Positions 17,809 through 39,074 of a stretch of 64,000 nucleotides of DNA are shown in pieces; the first letter of the stretch is position 1, and each line of letters opens with the position of its first letter. The notes beneath the pieces are model-generated. The model was not told the DNA's origin, did no database searches, and worked only from the letters and a program-made list of their open reading frames with translations. The translations under genes and the position numbers were made by a program. The stretch lies in the NCBI RefSeq assembly GCF_009914755.1, contig NC_060945.1. One strand, given 5' to 3'. This DNA comes from the human T2T-CHM13v2.0 reference genome, Homo sapiens.

Positions 17809-19149
17809 TGTCTTGGGAGGAGGTAAGAGCAGCAACTAAAATGAAACAGAAGAGAGACTTCTGGGTTGTTGGTCATATCCATTTCTTAGGTGTTAACTAT
17901 GTGAAAATTTTGAGTTGTATGTTCATGATCTCCTTACCTGTATGCCTCTTATACCACAATAAAAAAAATTAAGTATGAGACTAACATAATAGAGCTTAAA
18001 ATGTGCAGAAATTGAGGGAGCTCGCCCAAGGAAACCATTACTAAACAGATACTAAAAGATTTCAGACAGGAGGAAAATGATCCCAAGTGGAAGATCTGGG
18101 ATATAAGAAGAAATGAAGAGCAGGAAAAAGACAGGTGAATATATGGATAAAACTAAACAAATGTGAAATGTATAAAACAATAGAAGTAATGTCCCATGAA
18201 ATATAAAAAGAAAAATGATAAAATATATCAAAACAAATTTGATGGATCACAAGATAATTATGCTGAATAAAAAAATTCAATCTCAAAATATTAGACAGTG
18301 TATGGTTTCATTTACATGTGTTCTTGAAATAAAGTTACAGAGATGAAAAACAGATTATTGGTTGCCAGGGGTCAGGGAGTGAGGAACGTGTTTGTGACTA
18401 TAAAATGGGTAGCAAAAGGGATCCATCCTTCTGATGGAACTCTTCTATATCTTGACGATGGTGATGGTGATTAGGTATCTAATCTATGTACACGATAAAA
18501 TTTCATAGAACTAAATACACAAAAAAACCTAAAAGTGCACATAAAACTGGTAAAATCTGAACAAGGTAGTTATGCAAGACGTTACCACTGGGAGAAACTG
18601 AGTGAAGACTATATGGGATTTCTTTATATTATTTCTTAAAAGCACCTGTGAATCTGCAATAATGTCAAAACAAAAAGTTGAAAATATACTGTTGTAGCAT
18701 AACTCAAGAGGAGTTTAATGCAATGAATGTATTCTTAAGTTATCCTATCACCCAGGAGGAGGATAAATTTTCAACTTTCATAACTTAAATATGCACATTT
18801 AAATTAGCATGACAGTTACTAAAAGAATATAAACAAAGACTAACTTAAAATGACTAGAGAAAAAAAATATCTCACCAATTGAAAAGAAGGCAAGAAAGGA
18901 AGAAAGAAACATAAGTAGGATAAATAGAAAGTGACAAAATGACACAAACACATATGCATGTACATACACACCACTCACAATCTATACAGAATCCAAGTAT
19001 GTCAGAATACAAATACATGCAAATGGACTAACTAATCCAGTTAAAGATGGATAAATTGTTAAAATCCCATTCCATGCTATTTATAAGTCATATTTAAAAT
19101 ACAAAGATATAGAATGATTTTAAAAGGTATTAAAATACGTATCAGAGGA

Positions 19150-19450
19150 GCCGGACTTGGCGGCACATGCCTATAATCCCAGTTACTCAGGAAGCAGAAG
19201 CGAGAGGATCACTTGAGACCAAGAGCTCAAGACCAGTCTGGGCAATATAGCCAAACTCTATCTCTAAATAAATAAAAACAATTATTTGGCAGTGGTGGCA
19301 CACAACACTCTAAAGACTGAGGTAGGAGGATCATTTGAGCCCAGGAGTTTAAGGCAGCAGGGAGCCACAGACAAGTCTGTGAACAGCCCCTGCACTATAG
19401 CCTGGGCAGCACAGTGGAAAAAAAAAATACACACACACACACACACACAC
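19150..19450 (+). mobile_element. FLAM/AluJ-like monomers ending in (CA)n
   Basis: Two diverged Alu monomers, with an (AC)n tract at ~19428-19450. Confidence 0.7.
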
Positions 19451-20039
19451 GTGAAAGATACACAGTGCAAAGTCTAACCAAAGTTACTATAGCTATATCA
19501 TACATAATGTTGAAAGCATACATAAATGAAGGAAAACATTTCATTTTGATAAAAGTTCAAATTAAAAAAAAAAGATGTATATTTTTTGAATCATATGCAC
19601 CCAAGTACAGCCTCAAAAAGCAAAAGTTGACAGATGAGGAGACAGACAAATCCATGCTTCTAGTAGGATATTTAATATATCTCTCAGTAAATAAAGTATA
19701 AAAATAATTAAGGAGGATGAAGATTTAAAATTATGAAAAAATAGACTCAATGCACACATACAGAACATGAGATTTAACTGCAGAAATAGACTTCCCTTCA
19801 AGAAAATTTGGACAAGTTCAAAAATTAACCATATATACGAGTGTTTAAACAAGTAACAAATTTCAAAGAAAGTGGACAGATCACAATTTCTGGTAACAAT
19901 TTTAGAAACTTTCTAAAAGTATACTTTTAAATAGCCCATAGCTTGAAGATAAAATAAGGCAAATTCATCATCAATTCTACATATTAAAAACTGTAGGATA
20001 TAATTAAATCTATTCATAAGGGGAAAATTATAGTCTGTT

Positions 20040-20245
20040 ATTTTTTTTTGAGATGGGGTCTCACTATGTCACCCCGGCTGGAGTGCAGTAGCACAATCTT
20101 GGCTTACTACCCTCCACCTCCTGGGCTCAAGTGAGCCTCCCACCTCAGCCTCCCGAGTAGCTGGGACCACAGGCTCACACAGCCACGCCTGGCTAATTTT
20201 GTGTGTGTTTGGTAGAGATAAAGTTTCACCATGCTGTCCAGGCTG
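20040..20245 (-). mobile_element. Partial AluJ
   Basis: Poly-T followed by antisense Alu sequence. Confidence 0.8.
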
Positions 20246-20308
20246 GGGAAATTTATAGTCTTAAATGAGAACATTAGAAAAGGAACTTGGAAAAAACATC
20301 AACAGATT

Positions 20309-20600
<292 letters not shown>

Positions 20601-20739
20601 CTAAGCATCAGTCAATAAATCAGACAAAGAACAAGTTAAATTCAAAGATAGAAAAAGGAAAAACATAACAAACAAATGAAATACAAAAAAAACACACAAT
20701 AGAATCAGCCAAGCTAAAACTTGTGGTTTTTTTGGTTTT

Positions 20740-22312
<1,573 letters not shown>

Positions 22313-24904
22313 ACAACAGAAAGATATACTGACCATCTGTGATGCTGGCCAGGATGGCGTATGCATGCTACGGCATGTCGTTTCCACTGATCACAATTTG
22401 AAACTCTGGACAAAATATAAATAGCAATGACCCAAGTACTCTGAAAAGTAACCAGCAGACAGGTTGGGAAATGTAAAAACCTGAAGAATTATCTGGATGG
22501 CGGTGGTGAGAGATCATATTCTGGGTCATAAAACAAACCCTAAAGTTAAACAATTAAAATTCAGTGAATTATTTTCTCTGATGACAGAATTAAACTGGGA
22601 ATCTAGAACATTTCTAGAACATCCCCTAATATGAGAAGTTAAATGGCGTACTTCTAAATGGCCCATAGGTCAAAGAGAGTAACTTAAGACAAATTGGAAA
22701 ACAGTTTGAACTTAATAAATATGACATCATCTTATCAAAATATGTGCTTACAGGGCAATTTATTTACTTCAAGTAAAAAAAGAACCAAATAAACTCAAAT
22801 CAGGCATAAGGAAAACAGACTAAATCAGTAATATTTAAACAAAAACAGTAAAGGAAAAAAATTCAACGAAATCCAAAGTTGGTTCTTTGCAGGGGTGGTG
22901 GGAGGTGGAAATCAATCAAATGAGGAAGCCTCTAGCAGACTGACAAAGGAAGAAGAGAAAACACAAATTGCCAATACCAGAAATGAAAGGAATATTATTA
23001 CAAATCCTGTAGACACTAGAAGGCTATAATGGATACTACAAAAACAAAACAAACAAGTATGTGCTTCTAAATTCTACAAATTAGGTGAAATAGATCAATT
23101 CCTTGAAAGACAGGCTACCAAAACTCAAGAAGAAACAGACAGCTTGAATACCCCTGTATTTATTAAAGAAACAGAAGTGGCACAGCACTTTGGAAGACAA
23201 TTTGGCAGGTTCTGATAAAGTCAAACGTACATGTGACTCGGCAATCCTACCCTTAGGCATTTGCACAAGTGAAATGAAAACCTATGCTCAGACAAAAAGC
23301 ACTTTGTGAATTCCAATCCACTTATAGTTTACCAAAAAGTGAAAATAGTCCATATTCCTCCAATGACAAACCAATAAGCAAACCATGTAGTATTTATACA
23401 ATGGATTACTATTTGGCAATAATAAGGAATAACTGTTGATACAGTACATGAAAGTAGCCAGACTCAAAAGGCTACGTACTGAACGATTCCATTTGTATAA
23501 AATTCTGAAAAAAAGCAATGCTAGAGGAACACAGATCAGTGATTGCCAGAATTTACAATGGAAGGCTTTACTATAAAGGGCAAGGTAATTTTTGGAGTGA
23601 TCATATAATTTTGTAATCTACCAAAAACAAACATAATAAATGGGCAGATAAGTAAAGTTCACGGATTGGAAAGTTCAATATTGCAAAAGTCTCCCAAAAA
23701 TGACCTATCAATTTAATCCCAGTGGAAATTCCAATCAGTTTTGTGAAGGCTGCTAAGTCAACTCTAAAATGGCCAAGAATAGACAAGATCACCGGAGAGG
23801 AAGCAGGGAGGTGGACACTAGTATCTTCTGATTGATGAGTGAAATCATTAGAAGGCCAGCAAAAATACAAGTAAGCCAGAATTTCTAAAGCACCACAAAA
23901 GAACACTAGTTAGTACCGCATATAGGTATCTCCCAAATTTGTTGTAAACATAGGCCTTTAAAAAATATTAGAAACTGATATTTAAAGAGATATAAACTCA
24001 TATTAAGCTTTTAAAAAATTCTAAGCCAGGGCCTCGCCTAATTTCATAAAAGGTTGTGTAGAACCAACCATTCCTTCAAACGATGTGCTGCCCTGAGATG
24101 TGAGGATCCCAGTGGTCCCTCTGGGTCAACAGCAGCTACCGCGGCTGAGCCCAAACTCTGAAACATTATCTATCTACAATCATTATTTTTAACAATTTAT
24201 ATCAATGCTACCCGTAAGGCACAGAGAAGCAGAAAAGTTTATGTGGCCTCCTGCCAAAAACAATCACTTGCACTTATTTCTAGGTCTACTACAGAAGACA
24301 GTATTAGAAGTTTTTCAATTTAGAAAAATATTTACAGCAAAGAAAAAAATCTCTGTAAATTTCCCGCTTAACCAATCTAGTGAATTATGATGAGCTATAT
24401 TAATTCATTTAGCCACCTTATGAAAGACTTAATCCAAAGTCACTTCTAACTTCTAGAAGAGCTAATGTATTATAATAACAGTTGTGAAAGACTCAAAGGC
24501 CAGAAATGTCAAGGTGTGGTCTATATCCTAAGTCCAGAAAAAAAACAAAAAGCCACATGTACAGGCCAAATGATTGCCAATTTCTTCTGCCTATGTCATC
24601 TTTCTTCACTATAGCCTGAAATTACATTTCATGTTTGACAATTCTCAGCAAGAAGACAAAACAAGCTTATGAGTAAAATAATAGAAAGCAGAGCCACAGA
24701 GAGTATGAGAGGCAGGAGTCATCTCCCAAGTCCAAGTTCAACTTCTATATTATTAGACAGGGCCTCAGTGTCTTTGAACTGCAAGGAATTAATATTGATT
24801 GTAGCATGAGTAAAACCTATCTTCTACTCATCATGAAAAGTCACAGTCGTTTTGTTTAAAGACTCCAGAATTATTATAGGCAGAAACAAGAAAGTTACAC
24901 ACCT

Positions 24905-26149
<1,245 letters not shown>

Positions 26150-26155
<6 letters not shown>

Positions 26156-26200
26156 AACAATATACATATATATACATATAAATGTATATATATATGTATA

Positions 26201-26264
<64 letters not shown>
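26150..26264. repeat. (TA)n/(TG)n microsatellite
   Basis: Long perfect TA run preceded by TG and TA mixtures. Confidence 0.97.
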
Positions 26265-26265
<1 letters not shown>

Positions 26266-26267
<2 letters not shown>

Positions 26268-26548
26268 AGATAGAGGCTTGCTCTGTCACCAGACTGGAGT
26301 GCAGTAGTGGCGCGGTCTCGGCTTACTGCAAACTCTGCCTCCTAGGTTCAAGGATTCTCCTGCCTCAGCCTCCTAAGTAGCTGGGATTACAGGCACCTGC
26401 CGCCACACTTAGTTAATTTTTGTATTTTTAGTAGAGACGGGGTTTCACCATGTTGGCCAGGATGGTCTCTATCTCTTGACCTTGTGATCTGCCTGCTTCA
26501 GCCTCCCAAAGTGCTAGGATTACAGGTGTGAGCCACCGTGCCCAGCCC
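26266..26548 (-). mobile_element. AluSc-like
   Basis: Antisense Alu with CTCTTGACCTTGTGATC; the tail appears converted to (TA)n. Confidence 0.9.
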
Positions 26549-26549
26549 G

Positions 26550-28300
26550 ATTTTAACCAGTCTTAAGTGTGCAGTTATCGGCATTAAGTGCATTCATGTT
26601 GTTGTACAACCATCACCACCATCCATCTCCAGAACATTCTTATCATCCCGAAGTGAAACTCTGCACCCAGTAAGCAATAAGCCCTCATTCCTCTCTACCC
26701 CAGCCTCTGGCAACCACCAAACTACCTTTTTTTTTTTTTTGCTTTTTTCTGACAGGGTCTTACTCTGTCGCCCAGGTTGGAGTACAGTGGCATGATCATA
26801 GTTCACTGAAAGCTTGAACTCCCAGATTCAAGTGATCCAACCCACTTCAGCCTCCCCAGTAGTTGGGACTATAGGTATGTTCCACCACACCTGACTTTTC
26901 TTTTTAAAGTAGAGATGAGGTCTCACTATGTTGTCTAGCCTGGTCTTGAATTCTTGGGCTGAAGTGATCCTCCCGCCTTATCCTTCCAAGATGTTGGGAT
27001 TATAGGAATGAGCCACTGAGCCTGACTATCATTCTACTTTGTTTCTATGAATTTTACTGATTTAGGTATCTCATATAAGTGGAATCATATATAAGGGAGG
27101 AAAAATATTTTTCCTCCACCTTTCTAATTTCTTGGCTGGAGCTCTTGTACCAAAAGACAGATTAACAAGAGAAAAGCATACACATTTACTTAACATAAGT
27201 TTTATATGACACAGAAAAAATGGACTTTTCTGGAAGTAACTTGATATAACTAGGAGCCTTTGTAAGGAAATAAAGACCTGAAGAAACAGTTAAACCTATG
27301 TCTTTTTATATTAGGTTTGTCAAAAGACTAAATTACAACAAATTAGGTTTTATATTAAGTTTATCAGAGGACTACAACAAATTTATAGATTTAATTGGCT
27401 TTTATTCATGATTCATGAATCTGGGCACCTTTCACTCTACAAAACAGAATGAGAGTTCCCACTGGGCAATAGCAGAACCACAGGTTTTATGAGGTAGCAA
27501 CAAGGAAACAGAATAGAAAAACCTGATTGGTTAACATCAAGCTTCTTCAGTTACTTTTTTGTAATGGTTAAAGCAGAGGGGACTTCCTTCTTCCACTGAT
27601 TCAAGTAGACTGGAATCTCATGTTTTCAAGAAAAACTGGTCTGTTTGGGGATCTGCTTCCTTAAAGTTTCAGTTTGATGACACAGCATTTAGCATAAGTA
27701 ATTCAATTTTGGTTTGGTCTGATCTGTTGAAGGCTAGTGCAGGAGCCCAGCCCAAAAGAATGGCCTCCCATCATTTTTAACAGTTTGATAAAAAGTGGAG
27801 AGAAGCAGAAAATTGCAAGAGGAAAAAAAGGGGTAGGAGCTACGTGTAGTAAACTGGGAGGAACAGCAGGACCTATCATTCAGATTCCTCTCAGCGTTAT
27901 CTTCAGAGAGAAGGATGCTCCTTCCTCCAGGGACAGGGACGGCATCTCTCACCCAAGGGCCTTGTGGCCTACATCAGAGAAGAGGGTGGGAAGGTCAGAG
28001 TGTCCTTCCTATCATTTCTGAGATTCCTTCAGCTTCAAACATTCAATAAGCTAAGGTGGCTATTTTGGAGATTATCAAGAAGCTGATCACATAAAATACT
28101 TGTTCTTTGGTGACTGGTTTATTTCACGTGGCATAATGTCTTCCATGTTCATCCATGGTGTAGCATGTGTCAGAATTGCCTTTCTCTGTAAGCCTGAATA
28201 GTATTCTACTGCATATAGTGTGTATAAACCATATTTTGTTTATTCATTTGCAGATAGACATTTGGCTTGCTTCCACCTTTTGGCTATTATGGATAATGCA
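26550..28300 (-). mobile_element. L1MB-like 3' end split by an AluJ (~26727-27025) and nested LTRs
   Basis: ACCATCACCACCATCCATCTCCAGAAC; TCATATAAGTGGAATCATA; resumes at ~28090 with CATCCATGGTGTAGCATGTGTCAGAATT. Confidence 0.75.
27091..28075. mobile_element. ERV1-class (MER-type) LTR containing a second LTR at ~27318-27782
   Basis: The inner element has TGT...AACA ends and G(G)TT/GTTT flanks; the host sequence resumes after it. Subfamilies not securely identified. Confidence 0.65.
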
Positions 28301-28509
28301 ACGGTATATTTTAACTACAGATCTTTTTACACCAAATAGACATAAACAATCAAAAGAATTTATCCTAGGCCCACAGAGAAGGCAGATGGGGTCCCTGATC
28401 GATTACAGGGGTTCTCTTTTTAAAATGACTTCTTCATAAGCTTATGTGAGGGGAATACTGACAGTACCTACTTTTTATAGATGGAAATTCTATTTAAGAG
28501 CTCTCATGT

Positions 28510-28804
<295 letters not shown>

Positions 28805-29021
28805 ATTCTCATTACTTTCTCATATTACACAGAGGAGCTAAATATGACAATTAACTAAACTGAAGAAAGACAAACTGCTAATCTCAAGCAGTTATTACAA
28901 ACTGTCAAGTTAATATAGATAGCAATCTGCAGTTTGAAAATGCCAATCACTACAAATCACAGGGAAAACATCTGTGCTTCAGTGGAAACACTACACATTG
29001 TTTAGATCACACTCCTTCAGT

Positions 29022-29308
29022 TTTTTGAGATAGGATCTCCCTCCGTCACCCAGACTGGAATGCAAGGGTATGATCCTAGCTCACAGCAACCTCCACTTCC
29101 CTGGCTCAAGGGATTCTCCCACCTCAGCCTCCTGAGTAGCTGGGACTACAGGCTCATGCCATCATGCCCAGCTAATTTTTGGAACTTTTTTTTGTAGAGA
29201 GAGGGTCTATGTTGCTCAGGCTGGTCTCGAACTCCTGGGGTCAAGTGATCTGTCTACCTCAACCTCCCAAAGTGCTGAGATAACAGGCGTGAGCCACTGC
29301 ACCCAGCC
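29022..29308 (-). mobile_element. AluJb-like
   Basis: Antisense dimeric Alu. Confidence 0.88.
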
Positions 29309-31834
29309 CCTTTAAGGTTTTCTAGTCTAGCCTTTCACCTGTTTTATGGTATGTGAAGTTGAAAAGAACTGATAATGCAAATGACTCTTGTTTATAAACA
29401 TGCAAATCAACCCGCCTTGGAAAGACAATCCTTCTCCATGTGGCAAAGCCACTTATGCATCAATTTCCAGTTTATTTCAATATTCTGAGTAATAGATGTG
29501 TCCATCCCTTTGGATTCCCTTTTGAACTGCTTGTAACATCTCACTGCTCACTTCATTAATAAAATATTTAACATTTATATCTATATGAGTGATAGTTTTT
29601 CCTGTTTTTGAAAAGTTACCCTTTAACAAATATAACATGCACAGGTGAGATAATGCCATGCTTCTCCTTCTCAAAGTATGGCCTGCGGAAGGAGCAGCCT
29701 GGTGCTCCCTCACAGTATTTTTAACAGAAACGCAGAACACTGGGCCCCACCTCAGGAGTGTGGAGTTGTAGCCGGATCCCTTTCACTGACACATTAAAGT
29801 TAGAGCCACCCTAGGTTAATACACATCACTGACTGGCCTCAAGGAATAGGAGTGTTGGATCTATCAGTCTCTCCCAACCATTACCTTGGCTTTGCCAAGT
29901 GCTTTCTGCCTGCCAAGCTCACTCTTAGATCAGATGGGGCCTCCCTGCCAGCAGTTCTACGTCATCCCTCCGCACCTAAGTCAACTCCGGAGTTCACAGA
30001 CCTCACTTCTGATCTCCACCGCCCCTCCTCCCCTTCTACGGTGACTCAAAACTTCAGGCAGTGAAAATAAGGAGACTCACAAACTAGGAGACTACAGCTT
30101 CAGACCACACATTTTCCACTGAGCCAATACCTGAGCAAAAACTAGTTTTCTGGAGTTGGGGGGATGAGGAAGATTTGATATTGAAAGTGTCCTTGGTGGC
30201 CTTTCAAAGCTCAACATCATCTAACAAAAATTTTATTCCTTTTTCATTCTGTTAGGGAATGTTTAGTTTTTCCTCTTTGATAATGAAAATTTGGTTAACA
30301 AACATTGCTTTAGACCAATCTTCCTTTTCACAAATCACTGAGGTGTGTCTATCCACAAGTTCTCAGTCCAGCCTACATTTTCCAGTCTTCCATTTACCTA
30401 TTCAACTAATACCTGAGTGCCTGGCATGTGTCCGCCCTGCGAACATGCTGGTGACAGTGTGAGCAGGCAGGGCTGGTTCCTGTACTCATGAAGCTTACAC
30501 TACCTGAGGCTGGGGTGTAGAAATCGACACATTAAAAAGGCCACTGAGACTTTTAAAAAAAATATATATATATAAGGCATACAAAAATGCTGAGCTAGAG
30601 CTTTGGAAAATGAAGAAAAAGTAATACAAATTTAAAATGTGACATCGAGGAATGAAGACCATCACTTAACATATCCTATGTTTAAAAAATCTAATGTCCA
30701 TAGGAAGTTGTCTGGGAGGTGGGCAGGGTTTCATACTGTAATAAGTATTTAGAAAGTTTAGAAGAGTTCTAATGGTTCTTAATTTAAGAATTATAAGAGG
30801 TAGATTCAGGTAGAGAGAGATTCCCATGATATTCACTGCTGGGTGGAGAAGGAGATCCAACCCCCTCCACTCACAAACATCCTCTTTGTGTTTTTACTCG
30901 ACAGTCCTTCATTTAGCTGATCCATCTGTATTTATATTTGTTCTCTTCCGGATCTTGTTTCATAGTCAATATCAAGTGTTTTTGTGTAAACTGCCTGGTC
31001 TTGACAGGCCAGGCACGAAGGTAGCCACCATTCACACAGCATTGCATTTAATCTTCACAAGACCCCTGCAAGGTAGGTCTCAGCCTCCCTTGATACAGGT
31101 GAAGCAGGAGGCTCAGGGCTGCTACAACTTGCCCCCAGTCCCAGAGCTGGTACACAGCAACCCAGATTGATGGATTCCAATACCCATCCATGCTGCCTTG
31201 CTTAACCATGTTCCTGGTGCCAAAATTTTGTAAATTAACCCGAGTTTATCTAAAATTAACTCAAAGTTAACATACGCTATTTGGAAGTAGTGGTGGCAGT
31301 GACTTATCAGAGAACTTTTAAGAGAAACAGCTGTGGCAAACGAGCCTGACTCACACTGAAGTTATCTGCAATCAAGTTGCCAACTGACAACTGATTAGTG
31401 AATGAAGCTGAGCGCCAGGACTCACGACAGCTGTCTGTTTCATAAACACGCCCTCGTTCCTCCTTTTGGCCGACTACTAAAGGGTTTAGGTGTCACACAG
31501 CATTTAGATGTTATGCAGAATGAGCAACAAGCAAAATGTAGGTGTAATCAGATAAGAGTGGAGAATTACCAGTATCTTTACAATCACCTGTTGGGCATTT
31601 CTGTTGATAATCACCAATTCAGAACAGCAAGGACTGAGAAGCCACAAGATTCCCTTAAAAGGCCTCATCCACTTGCATACTTTTGTTTTCAGGAAACAAA
31701 AATTATGTTATGTGGGCTCACAGTCAACAGATTTTTGTTCCAATTTGTATTTCCATGATACATAATTAAGATTTGTGGTTTGAGGTTGAAAGAATTCTGA
31801 ATGTGTATGCTAACACTGACTCACATTAAAGCTA

Positions 31835-32143
<309 letters not shown>

Positions 32144-32280
32144 CTAAGCACTATATATTAAGTAGAAGATTGAATATTTTAACCAAGGGTGTAAATTATT
32201 AACCAGGATATTTAAAAAGCAATGAATTGAAGTTGCTGACATTTTTAAGAGAGCTGTTTCTTTCCCTAAAGTTTTAATAT

Positions 32281-32283
<3 letters not shown>

Positions 32284-32325
<42 letters not shown>
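32284..32325. repeat. (CA)n microsatellite
   Basis: About 20 AC units. Confidence 0.97.
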
Positions 32326-32327
<2 letters not shown>

Positions 32328-33277
32328 TTGGGTGGTGCCAATAAAAAGGAAACAAAAATAAAATGGAGAAATGGAGGTAATGATGACCCCAAGCTAAAGG
32401 AAGAGGAGGAGGGGGGTAGATATATGTTATTTTCGTTCCTTCCTATTTCACTCTTCACTGGAAAAGCACTTGAGTTACAGTTTGTGATTCTGTTAGTCCT
32501 TCAATATGGTAAAACAAAGAGGTTTATCTCATGTGCAAATAATCAATGAGGAGTGGCTGCCTCCAAGAGCCTGGGTAATAATGACCTTAGTGGGAAGGAT
32601 CTGAATCAGCTGCCAGGGCCACACACGTGCTGTGTGTTTGTTGATCCCGCCTTATGTCAACCAGTCAACATCAAAAATGATCAGGGCATTGCTAGGCAAC
32701 TGCTTCTTCAGTCTTCACTAGTCAATTATTGTGAATAGGATGTTTTGTTTTCCTAAATGGAACTTGATAGATGGATAGAATGGATTCTACATCGCATATT
32801 TTTCCCCTCTATCAAGCAGAGATGCCGTTGAGTATATCATCGACTCCTTCTGTGAAGTGAGCCCGCCCTATGTAAGGTTAACAGGAAGGACGCAAATGTA
32901 TGCAGTGTAGAAAAAAATAGAAATAAGGACCCAGGCATAACTCTGAAGGAGCTTCTAACCATGTTGTGCAGATGAGGAAGACTCAATAATTAGTAAGTTA
33001 TCCAAAGAAATTAGGGCTTTTTACTAGCAGAACAGTAAAAATTCTAAGTTTGGTAACACATGGAGTTGAGGAGGCTGTGGGAAAGAGGCATTCACTCATA
33101 TTGCTGCTAGAAGTATAAACTGGTATAACCTGTCTAGAGGAGAGTGATTTAACAATTATCAAAACTAACTACCTAGTCCACATCTAGACATTTATTCTGC
33201 AGATATACTTTCCCAAATGCAAAATGTCAGATACACATTGTTTCTTGCAGCTTTGCTTATAATTATAAAAATAGCTC

Positions 33278-34030
<753 letters not shown>

Positions 34031-34929
34031 GCAAACGTCTGGAAACAAACTGGATGTCCATCAGCAGGGGACTGATTCAATAAATTATGATAAATTCATA
34101 CAACAGAATACAGTTGTTTAAAATATGAGAAAATGTATTATGTACTAAACAGAAAACTCACCAAAATATAATGTTAGGTGAAAAAAGCAAAGTACAGAAC
34201 AGACACAGGAATACAGTATACATAATTTGCTTGTATATATGAGGTTTAAACTATCTCTGGAATGATATACCAGAAATTAATCATGGTGGTTACCTGTAGG
34301 ACAGGAAGAGGGTGCTGGCATTGCAAGAATGAGACTTTTCACTAACACTCTTTCATAATTTTTATCTTAGAAACTTGTAACTATATTACTTATCCAAAAA
34401 GTAAAATAATAAAGTCTAGAAAGAGTAAAAACAAAACAAAGTGTAAAAAAAGTTATAGATGGGGGGATAAGTACCCATTGTAGGACTCTTTATGCTAGAG
34501 CTGTACAATTTTTAAAAATGAGAAGTATGTATATTTTACCAGGAATCCCAGCATATATGATCAAGTGACTGAAAACTATGAGCAAAATAAAAAACAGAAA
34601 AAAGAAACAAACCCACAAGTGCTTCAGGTATTAGAATTATCAGACATGAACTTTAAAGTCATTGGTAATATTATCAAACCTAGGTTTAAATAACTAGTAG
34701 TTTTTTTTTATCTTGGTGCTAGTTACAGAGGTTTATTTACATTGTGATAATTCATCCACCTGTACATTTAAGATGGCACACTTTCTCTCAGGTATATTAT
34801 ACTTCAATAAAATTTTACAAAAGTAGAAAACTTGTGGGATTTGACTAAATCTGGGGTGGGGGGAATCTATAAACCTAAACACATGTATTTGAAAACAAAA
34901 CAAAAAAAGTACTGAAAAACTGTTATGAT

Positions 34930-35038
34930 AGGTGTGGTGGCTCACATGTATAATCCCAACATTTTGGAAGGCCAAGGCAGGAAGTTTGCTTGAGGCCAGA
35001 ACTTCAATACCAGCCCAGGCAACATAGTGAGACCTGTC

Positions 35039-35086
<48 letters not shown>

Positions 35087-35260
35087 TGGGAATGGTGACA
35101 CACACCTGTAGTCCCAGCTACTTGGAAGGCTGAGGAGGGAGGATTGGATCACTTGAGCACAGTAATTTAAGGCTGCTATGAGCTATGATTCATCACTGCA
35201 CTATAGCCTGAGTGACACAGTAAGACCCTGTCTCAAAAAAAAGAAAAAGAAAAAGAAAAA
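34930..35260 (+). mobile_element. AluJo-like with an expanded central poly(A)
   Basis: Linker of ~38 A at 35044-35081. Confidence 0.88.
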
Positions 35261-35443
35261 AACTCCAATGATCTAAGCATCCATCTCAAAAATCCCAGCA
35301 AATTAAGCTGAATGAAATTAAAATGATGGAAATAATAAGGATAAAAGCTGAAATCAATGAAAAAAAAAAACCAAAGACATAATAGAGAAAATATAAAAAG
35401 CCAAAGCTGTTTCTTTGAAAACAGTATTCCAGTTGCTAATCTC

Positions 35444-37460
<2,017 letters not shown>

Positions 37461-37624
37461 AGTAAGAGTTGTGCCTAACTAATTAGGCACAAGTTAGAAT
37501 ATAAGGAGTGAAGAGTTATCACTATAGATCCTACAGATACTAAAAGATAAGAGTTTGTTTTACTATAAGCAAGCCTATCACAATAAGACTATTTAGATTA
37601 AAAGGCTGGTAAGTTTTATGCTTT

Positions 37625-38876
<1,252 letters not shown>

Positions 38877-39074
38877 GCCTTGAACTCCTGGCTTCAAGTG
38901 ATCCTCCCACCTCACCCTCCTGAGTATTTGGGACTACAGGCTGCAGAAACTTTAAAGAGAAAATAGAGGGAACAGAGCCAAGCTCATTTATTGAGATTAA
39001 GATAAACTTGATATCAAAACTAGACTTGTCACAGAGAGTGCAAGAGGCGGGAGTTATCTCCCAAATCCAAGTTC

